Shown: piece after piece, positions 48,401 through 54,400 of the stretch
Position numbering within the stretch: position 1 is the first letter of the stretch
Layout of the letters: each line of letters opens with the position of its first letter
DNA from: Dehalococcoidia bacterium
GTDB lineage: Bacteria > Chloroflexota > Dehalococcoidia > Lucifugimonadales > Lucifugimonadaceae
Assembly: GCA_030747175.1 (NCBI GenBank)
Contig: JASLLE010000002.1
Coordinates: 21,172 to 85,171 of the forward strand
DNA length: 64,000 nt
Direction of reading: 5' to 3'
Notes under the pieces: generated by a model
Told to the model about the DNA's origin: nothing
The model's database searches: none
Seen by the model: the letters and a program-made list of their open reading frames with translations, nothing else
Program-made: the position numbers and the translations under genes

Positions 48401-49447
48401 CTCATCGTCGCCGAGGAAGGGCGGTCTCCCGGTCGCCATCTCGTAGAGCATGGCCCCCAGTGAGTACAGGTCCGCACGCGGTGTGATGTCGCCGCCGGTA
48501 GCCTGCTCCGGCGGCATGTACGAGACGGTGCCCACCATCATCCCCTCACGGGTAAGACGGGACCGGTCAGTCATAACAGCGAGTCCGAAGTCGCCGATCT
48601 TGGCAGCCCCATCCTCCGCTAGCCAGACGTTACCGGGCTTGAGATCTCGGTGGATGATGCCCCGGCCGTGGGCGAACTCAAGTCCCTCGCACACAGCTTT
48701 GCCGATCTCGATGGTGCGATCCAGTGAGAGGGCGTTGTTCGTTGTAGGGGCGGGGCTTGCTCCGCCACTGGGCGTATCGCCATACGCCCCTACAGTGTGA
48801 TCCGCAAAAGGATCTTCTCCCTCACGCTCGCCCTCACCCTCTGGGAGAGAGGATTGAGCCACCGACAGCAGTCCTTCCACGTCACCGCCTGACATGAACT
48901 CGGTGACCATGTAGGGCGAGCCGTCAACGTCCCGGCCAAGATCGAGTACAGCGACGATGTTGGGATGCACACCAAGCCGTCCCATTGCCTGCGCCTCGCG
49001 AGAGATGCGCTCTTTCGAAATCTGGTCGAACCCCTCGGTCTTGATCAGGGCGAACGCGACCTCGCGATCGAGAAGGGTGTCGTGGGCGAGGTACACACGC
49101 TTTTTGCCGCCTTCGCCGAGGAACCTCGAAACCTGGTAACGGTCGTTGGCGAATGATGTGGGGGTCTCTTCCAACGTAAAAGTTGTAGGGGCGGGCAGCG
49201 GCCCGCCCGAGGGCGGATCGCTATCCACCCCTACAGAATGGTCTACCGCGGGCGGTGTTGCATTACCACCGCCCACACCGGCGTTTTCCAGCATCGCCTG
49301 AAACGCCAACGCATCGGCGTTTTCCGGGTCCACCCCGAGCACCATCTGTACTGACTCGGCAACCTGTGGCCAGTCGCGTCGATCCGCGGCTTCCTCAGCC
49401 TGGTCGAGAAGCCGGTCGATCCGCCTCTGCACCCGTTCGCTGGTCAT
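45440..49447 (-). CDS. Ser/Thr protein kinase fused to a P-loop AAA/STAND ATPase and a long TPR/helical-repeat region
   Basis: Kinase motifs YQVSRFLGEGGKKRVY, HRDLKPGNVWL, DFGLA and SYMPPE. Walker A is LMGEPGIGKT and Walker B is LVIVLDDLHW. The C-terminal roughly 700 aa are helical repeats. The start is probably ATG at 49447 (MTSERVQRRIDRLL), though the ORF is open to 49528. Confidence 0.85.
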   Translation of the reverse strand: MTSERVQRRIDRLLDQAEEAADRRDWPQVAESVQMVLGVDPENADALAFQAMLENAGVGGGNATPPAVDHSVGVDSDPPSGGPLPAPTTFTLEETPTSFANDRYQVSRFLGEGGKKRVYLAHDTLLDREVAFALIKTEGFDQISKERISREAQAMGRLGVHPNIVAVLDLGRDVDGSPYMVTEFMSGGDVEGLLSVAQSSLPEGEGEREGEDPFADHTVGAYGDTPSGGASPAPTTNNALSLDRTIEIGKAVCEGLEFAHGRGIIHRDLKPGNVWLAEDGAAKIGDFGLAVMTDRSRLTREGMMVGTVSYMPPEQATGGDITPRADLYSLGAMLYEMATGRPPFLGDDEIAIIGQHINTPPVAPTWHNDDCPRPLEALVMRLLSKDPAERPDSAQDVFNALDAIDLTARGETVEQDQTSLESLAGGVFVGRQAEMDQLKAALEDVLGGRGRLIALMGEPGIGKTRTSEELATYAGLRGAQVLWGRCYETGGQPPYWPWVQAIRSYVRETEPEELRRQMGSSASVVAEIVTDVNDRLPGIQAPIKLDDPDSARFRLFDSITSFLNSASQSQPLVIVLDDLHWSDRPSLAYLEFMAREISQSRVMLICTYRDMELNRRHPLTVTLGDLARERLYERVLLRGLSENDIARFIEIAAGFSAPPELSATVYRHTEGNPLFVTEVVRELVQSGELAEHRSEGESTWSVRIPEGVREVIGRRLDRLSERANEMLTTAAVVGRDFRLDALTALAEDTTESQLLDVLDEALDARIIEELSDEVGHYQFTHALMQETLTGELSLTRRVRLHASIAEALERLYGNEAYEHSAELAHHFAEAEAVSGTERLIRYSVAAGEQALEATAPDAATTHFEIALTAAGDGEIDALLARILLGLGRASIAVAVARPQIHASFEILLKAFDFYSSEGDPAVGAEIAAYPVGQQGSAVGMADLMEQGLNLAEPDSVVAGKILAARGSSLYWERDDLDGAEAALERAIEIGKSTGEIGIEVSALLGKANLQLGQYTRIGNLECLAAADTALGLIGTNSDAVSEARANTYAAIAAVRLGHLEQALVYATAGSEGGAKTRDGYSRFFNQLSRAQAYFASGRWEQAIETVAQIAFIQLEGTPRQLELAVRFQQGLEAHPEAIIEFLNATHDTRPGLVANCSLVAAEFHYIKPNDTVDAATQNAIQRVEAYETAIYGDTLRPILNAAAIILAATRGNVEESRRRYELLKPYCGTMMYSVFADRILGLSAWTAGDTAAADGHFRDALVFGRENGCLKDLAWTCSDYAEMLLERAEGASSASGIGDREKAIELQNEALAITQELGMRPLTERILTRREILKA
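48743..48852 (-). repeat. Hairpin-repeat modules embedded in frame in the kinase domain
   Basis: TGTAGGGGCG...GGCGTATCGCCATACGCCCCTACA (48743-48794), followed by a degenerate CCCTC.CCC-TCT-GGGAGAGAGG module. These are the same modules as at 38156-38175 and 38303-38323. They are translated as SLPEGEGEREGEDPFADHTVGAYGDTPSGGASPAPTT. Confidence 0.7.
49184..49235 (-). repeat. Second TGTAGGGGCG...CCCCTACA module, in frame in the kinase N-terminal linker
   Basis: Translated as DHSVGVDSDPPSGGPLPAPTT, parallel to DHTVGAYGDTPSGGASPAPTT from the other copy. Confidence 0.7.
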
Positions 49448-49571
49448 AGTGGGGCGGATGATACATGGAACGGGGAATTGAGACGGGAGCCAACCTGTGT
49501 GGCACGGGTTAGCATCATCCTCCGGCACTTCCCTCGTTCATCTATCCGACAAATCAGGAGCCGTCCCTCAC

Positions 49572-50717
49572 ATGAAAATCACCGACATCAAGCCCTACGC
49601 CGTATGGGTCGGGCACCGAAACCAAATGCTCGTCAAGGTTGAGACGGACGAGGGCATATACGGGTGGGGCGAGTCGGGGTTTTCCGGTCGAGAACTGGGC
49701 GTCAAGGGAATCGTCGAGCACTACCGGGAGTTCCTGGTGGGCCGGGACCCCATGAAACGGAGCGCGCTATGGCAGGAGATGTATCGCAGCCAGTACTTCG
49801 AGGGAGGGCGAACGCTCACCGGAGCGATCTCCGCCATCGACATCGCACTCCACGATATCGTCGGCAAGAAGCTGGGCGTCCCTGTTTACGAGCTGCTCGG
49901 CGGGAAAAACCGGGATCACATTCCCGTCTTCGCTACTACTTCAGCCCCGTATGGTCCCGAAATGATCGAAGAGGCGAAGGAGTTCATGGCCCGCGGCATC
50001 ACCGCGTTTCGGATGTCTTACGACAAGATGGACATCGAGGCGAGTGGTGTATTCGAGCCGCGTGAGTCGATGGCTAACTCCGCCGAGTGGCTCATCAAGA
50101 CGCGCGAGGCGCTCGGCAATCACGCCGTGATAGGCATCGACTACCACCACAGACTCAACGTCGCCGAGACCGCCTCCTTTTGCCAGATGATGCCGTCGCA
50201 CACGCTGGACTTCATCGAAGAGCCGATCCGTGACGAGACGCCGGAAGCGTACGAGGCGCTGCGGGCGTTGACCGATGTGCCCTTCGCCATCGGCGAGGAG
50301 TTTGCCTCCAAGTGGCAGTTCCTGCCGTACATCGAACGCGGCATCACCAACTTTGCACGCGTGGACATATGCAACGTGGGTGGCTTCACGGAAGCGATGA
50401 AAGTGGCCGGATGGTCCGAGATCCACTACATCGACATCATGCCGCACAACCCGCTCGGTCCCGTCTGCACGGCGGCATCCGTTCACCTGGGCGCGGCCGT
50501 CCCCAACTTTTCATGGCTGGAGGTGAACATGGAGCGGGCCGCCAGCCCGGACTTCGCCATCTTCCCGCAGCAGATCGTGTTTGAAGGCAACAGCTATATC
50601 GTGCCGGATGGGCCCGGGCTTGGCATCGAGGTCGACGAGAGCAAGCTCAACGAGCCGCTCAAGTTCTGGGAGGCGCCCCACCCGCACCGGCGAGACGGAT
50701 CACACACCAACTGGTGA
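49572..50717 (+). CDS. Enolase-superfamily dehydratase (D-mannonate/D-galactonate dehydratase subgroup-like)
   Basis: AGGAG followed by ATG at 49572. MKITDIKPYAVWVG...ETDEGIYGWGE, IDIALHDIVGKKLGVPVYELLGG, IGIDYHHR, FIEEPIRD and FAIGEEF. Confidence 0.85.
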   Translation: MKITDIKPYAVWVGHRNQMLVKVETDEGIYGWGESGFSGRELGVKGIVEHYREFLVGRDPMKRSALWQEMYRSQYFEGGRTLTGAISAIDIALHDIVGKKLGVPVYELLGGKNRDHIPVFATTSAPYGPEMIEEAKEFMARGITAFRMSYDKMDIEASGVFEPRESMANSAEWLIKTREALGNHAVIGIDYHHRLNVAETASFCQMMPSHTLDFIEEPIRDETPEAYEALRALTDVPFAIGEEFASKWQFLPYIERGITNFARVDICNVGGFTEAMKVAGWSEIHYIDIMPHNPLGPVCTAASVHLGAAVPNFSWLEVNMERAASPDFAIFPQQIVFEGNSYIVPDGPGLGIEVDESKLNEPLKFWEAPHPHRRDGSHTNW

Positions 50718-50840
50718 TCGGCGGAAAATGAAAATCCCACTCCATTCCCCGTGGACCTGATGACCAGGCCTTTGCGGGGAGGAAGTGGGAGAGGTTGTGG
50801 AACCGCCGTTCCACCGTGCCGGGCATGAAGGCCCGGACGC

Positions 50841-51047
50841 CTACATGGCAAGGTACGCCTTTGGGACGACCATCTCCTGCCGGAGTTGCTCGGCGGTCCG
50901 GTGCTGGAAACTCGCCGGGTTGCGCCCCCTGGTGATCGTCGCGTCGGCGACTTTCCTGAGCAGTTCAACTGCTCGGCCGACGTGACCGCTGACGGAGGGG
51001 AGCCGGGGCAGGTCTAAGGTCTGTGGTGCGTATGTTGCTTCTAGCAT
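50841..51047 (-). CDS. Hypothetical 68-aa protein
   Basis: AAGGA 8 nt upstream of the ATG. GC3 rises in the second half. No family recognised. Confidence 0.35.
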   Translation of the reverse strand: MLEATYAPQTLDLPRLPSVSGHVGRAVELLRKVADATITRGRNPASFQHRTAEQLRQEMVVPKAYLAM

Positions 51048-51150
51048 GACTTGTGTCCTTCTTTATTCAGTTACTTGTGTGTGGTTTTGCGATGACGGGT
51101 TCGGCGGCGCCTAGTACGCCAGGCGGGCTCGTGAGTCGACCGAGATCTGC

Positions 51151-51166
51151 CTCAGGATTTCCTGAG
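51151..51166. promoter_or_regulatory. Perfect palindrome CTCAGGA-TT-TCCTGAG
   Basis: 7-bp arms with a 2-nt spacer, about 100 nt upstream of the 68-aa ORF on the minus strand. Confidence 0.35.
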
Positions 51167-51562
51167 ATTGCTTCTGGTACGGTCCGTCCCAGCGAAATGT
51201 CGAGAGAACGGATACTGCGATGCGCCGAATGGCCCTGGATCTGTTTGTGGATTCCTGCATGTCATTTACCTGTCTTGTTACCCGTTGAGTGGGTGAAATT
51301 TCTGGTTACAGGGTCTGTGGATCATGTCGGCGACCTCTTGGCCGCCAACAACGGATTGCCTTGATAGGAACACCCCCCTGTTCTGCGTCCGGAGCACGGA
51401 GCCACCTGTGCTGGACCTGCTCGTTTACACCTGGCTGGTGATAGCCGTAGAACCCTCGGGATCCCCGCCCTCGGATGCGTCGTCATCTTGTGACCGGGGA
51501 TCTCTTTGCGACTACACAACCAGTGTCCACAGGTCAAAGAAGCAATGATTTAACTGGCGATT

Positions 51563-51628
51563 ACAGGCGCCTGACACTTTCCTTAACGATGTTTTACTTC
51601 GCCGTCACAGGCGTGTGACAGTTTCCTT
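51563..51628 (+). promoter_or_regulatory. Two 22-nt direct repeats ACAGGCG(C/T)(C/G)TGACA(C/G)TTTCCTT spaced 44 nt start to start
   Basis: 51563-51584 and 51607-51628 match at 19 of 22 positions. Each contains an internal palindrome (CAGGCGCCTG and GTCACAGGCGTGTGAC). Confidence 0.45.
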
Positions 51629-52063
51629 TCAGCCGCCTCATCGCCCTCACCGCGGGGGACGCACTCGGGCTTTGTCCTAGTGTGGGCACTATCCGCGTCC
51701 TGGCGGCGGACCGCGGCGGATTCACGGCGACGGACCCGTTTGGCAACCGGTCGGACGGGGCGGTCCCGGGAGGTGGCGCGGATCAACGCAAACCGGACGC
51801 CTGGCTCAAGTTCCGGGCGCCGACTATTCCGCAGCGGCGATTCGGGCGACCGGGGCGCGACCGGACGCACGTACAACTGGAACGAGCCCTCGCCGCGCGC
51901 TGCCTACTTTCGAGATACCCGTAATCCCCCGCAGGGAGGACGTGTGCGGCGCCGGCGCCGGATAAACTGCGGGCATGCTCAATCGCCCCGCGGATGTATC
52001 CATAAGGCCATCACAGCCCGGCGCGACGCCTCACGTCGCTGCGCCGGGCAATGGGTGTTCGCC

Positions 52064-53257
52064 ATGAGAACGTTATGGGATCGATACAGGACCCTGGACG
52101 ACCGGAATCCATACCTGACATCGGGCCTGGTGACCCTGTTTTTCACGGTACTCATGTTGGTCGACCTGGTGACCAGGCCCACGGTGGAAAGTGGTTTCGA
52201 GCAAGAGGGTGTCTTCGGAGTATTTCTCGCACTGGCCCAGGTGCTTCCCCTGCTGTTCGTGCGGAAGGCGCCGTTGGTCACGTTGATGGTCATATTCGTG
52301 GCATTTGTCGCTCATTCAACTTTCAATTACCACATTCTGTGGGTCGCCCAGTTCACCACGCTCATCAGCATGTATCAGGTGGCCGGCACGACCGACGACC
52401 GTCGATCACTGATCGCGGGGGCGCTCACCTTCGTCGTGATCGTCGTCGTATTCGGGGCCATCCGGGAAGATGTCGATTCAGCCGTCGCCCTGACCTTGCT
52501 TTTTGCTGCGGTCTGGGTCGCCGGGAACATAGTGCGGTCACGTCGAGGCCGGCTGGAGATCGCCGAACTGACCGTCACGGAACTTTCGGAGGACCGGGAT
52601 CTGTTCATGCGGGAGGCCGTCAGGGATGAGCGCGCCCGCATAGCCCGTGATCTTCACGATGTTCTGGGACACACGCTCAACCTCGTGGTCATCCAGTCCG
52701 GCGTAGCCCAGCGTGTTTTCGCGTCGGCCCCGGACAAGGCGCTTGATGCGGTGAAGTCGATCGAATCTACCAGCCGCCAGGCGCTGTCGGACGTTGACAG
52801 GATGCTTGGGATTCTCCGTGATCCGGACGACGCCGGGGGGCGATCAACCTCGCTTGAGGCCAGGCCGTCGATGAGCCGGTTGGGGTCACTGGTCGACCAG
52901 CTCCGGGCCACCGGACAGCCGATCGACCTGACCGTTTACGGACCCCCGGCCACGCTCGCGCCCAGTATCGACCTCTCGGTCTACCGGGTTGTGCAGGAGG
53001 CGCTCACCAACGTGATGACGCACGCATCCGGATCGAGAGCCCGGGTCGATGTCGAGTATTCGGAGAATCTCCTCTCGGTGACGATCACGAACGATAGTTC
53101 CGGCGTCGAGAAGCTCAATGATCGGTCTGGGGGCGGGCGCGGGATCGTTGGTATGCGAGAGCGGACGGCGCTGTTCGGCGGGAAGTTCCAGGCCGACGGC
53201 ACGGATGACGGCGGCTGGCGTGTTTACGCAACGTTTCCGATCGGAGGTCCCGGGTGA
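52064..53257 (+). CDS. Sensor histidine kinase, HisKA_3 (NarX/DesK-type) with an N-terminal multi-TMS domain
   Basis: ATG at 52064 (MRTLWDRY...). The Arg-rich extension back to 51680 looks non-coding. H-box ARDLHDVLGHTLNLVVIQ. HATPase region VQEALTNVMTHA...GGRGIVGMRER. Confidence 0.85.
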   Translation: MRTLWDRYRTLDDRNPYLTSGLVTLFFTVLMLVDLVTRPTVESGFEQEGVFGVFLALAQVLPLLFVRKAPLVTLMVIFVAFVAHSTFNYHILWVAQFTTLISMYQVAGTTDDRRSLIAGALTFVVIVVVFGAIREDVDSAVALTLLFAAVWVAGNIVRSRRGRLEIAELTVTELSEDRDLFMREAVRDERARIARDLHDVLGHTLNLVVIQSGVAQRVFASAPDKALDAVKSIESTSRQALSDVDRMLGILRDPDDAGGRSTSLEARPSMSRLGSLVDQLRATGQPIDLTVYGPPATLAPSIDLSVYRVVQEALTNVMTHASGSRARVDVEYSENLLSVTITNDSSGVEKLNDRSGGGRGIVGMRERTALFGGKFQADGTDDGGWRVYATFPIGGPG

Positions 53258-53937
53258 CGGTACGACTACTGCTGGTTGACGACGATGACCTGGTCCGCAC
53301 CGGCCTCAAAATGATCCTCGAGTCCGACCCGGATTTTGAAATCGTCGGCGAGGCGTCAAACGGCCTCGAGGCGGTGATCCTGACCGAGCGGTTCAACCCG
53401 GACGTCATCCTCATGGACATCCAGATGCCGGAAATGGACGGCATCGAAGCGACGCGGCGGATAAGTACAGAATCCCCGGACGATGAAAGCCCCCGGGTGC
53501 TCGTGCTCACGACGTTCGAGCAGAACGAGTACGTCTTCCAGGCACTGCGCGCAGGCGCCAGCGGTTTCCTGCTCAAGCGGACCCCCGCGGATGATCTAAT
53601 CGCCGGGATCAAGGTCATCGCCGAGGGCGACTCGCTGTTGTCGCCGTCGGTGACACGACGCCTCATAAATGAGTTCGCAAATAGCTCCCCCTCACCGGCC
53701 GGAACAGACACGTCCGGTAAGGTCGAGACCCTCACGGAACGCGAGATGGAAGTACTGCAACTCGTCTCGCATGGCATGTCCAACCAGGAAATAGCGGACG
53801 AGCTCGTGGTCTCAGAAGGCACGGTCAAGACCCACGTGAAGCGGACGCTGTCCAAGCTGGAAGTCCGTGATCGTACACAGGCCGTCATCTTCGCCTACAA
53901 CGCCGGAATAGTTCAGCCGGACGGCGACAGCGGCTAA
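53254..53937 (+). CDS. NarL/LuxR-family response regulator
   Basis: GTGA overlap with the kinase gene (GTG start on the TGA stop). RLLLVDDDDLVRTGL...DVILMDIQMPEMDG is the receiver domain. LTEREMEVLQLVSHGMSNQEIADELVVSEGTVKTHV is the LuxR HTH. Confidence 0.9.
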   Translation: MTVRLLLVDDDDLVRTGLKMILESDPDFEIVGEASNGLEAVILTERFNPDVILMDIQMPEMDGIEATRRISTESPDDESPRVLVLTTFEQNEYVFQALRAGASGFLLKRTPADDLIAGIKVIAEGDSLLSPSVTRRLINEFANSSPSPAGTDTSGKVETLTEREMEVLQLVSHGMSNQEIADELVVSEGTVKTHVKRTLSKLEVRDRTQAVIFAYNAGIVQPDGDSG

Positions 53938-54139
53938 ACCGGGGCAAGTCCGCCGCTACCCCCTGAGACACAGCCCGGCAACCTCGGCGTACGCCAGAAG
54001 TACACCCCTGAAATCAGCCTTTCGGTGGACGGCACGCCCTCCCTCGGGGTGACGATTCTGCTTGAGACCCCTCCTAATCTAATGCGCAAGACGCACACCG
54101 GCAGGTCAGGGGACCGCCGGATACAGGGGGACTAAAGCG

Positions 54140-54349
54140 ATGAACACCCGGGACCGAGTAATCCGACGGATCGACCAGCTGAAATGGATGACCCTTGGCG
54201 TAACGATCGCCATCGGTTCGCTGGCCATCCCGCAACGCCCGGAGCTACACCAGACTCCCGGCGTCATGCTCAAAATCCACAGGGCGCTACCGCTCCGCTC
54301 CCTGTTCACGGTCTCAATGCGACTGCCTTCCGTATTTGCAGTCAATTAA
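54140..54349 (+). CDS. Hypothetical 69-aa protein with one hydrophobic span (doubtful)
   Basis: The only ORF with moderate GC3 in the 460-nt convergent spacer. The RBS is weak. Confidence 0.2.
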   Translation: MNTRDRVIRRIDQLKWMTLGVTIAIGSLAIPQRPELHQTPGVMLKIHRALPLRSLFTVSMRLPSVFAVN

Positions 54350-54400
54350 GACCCGGTTCACCGGATGCGGCCCGATGCCTCATCGAGGCCTAGCCGGGCG

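Noticed and set aside
51053-51364. 103-aa plus-strand ORF in the low-GC spacer.
   Set aside because: Third-position GC is near-random, unlike real genes here. There is no RBS and no recognisable motif.
51680-52063. 128-codon N-terminal extension of the histidine kinase ORF.
   Set aside because: The extension is extremely Arg-rich with no TMS or domain. The first transmembrane segments follow the ATG at 52064.
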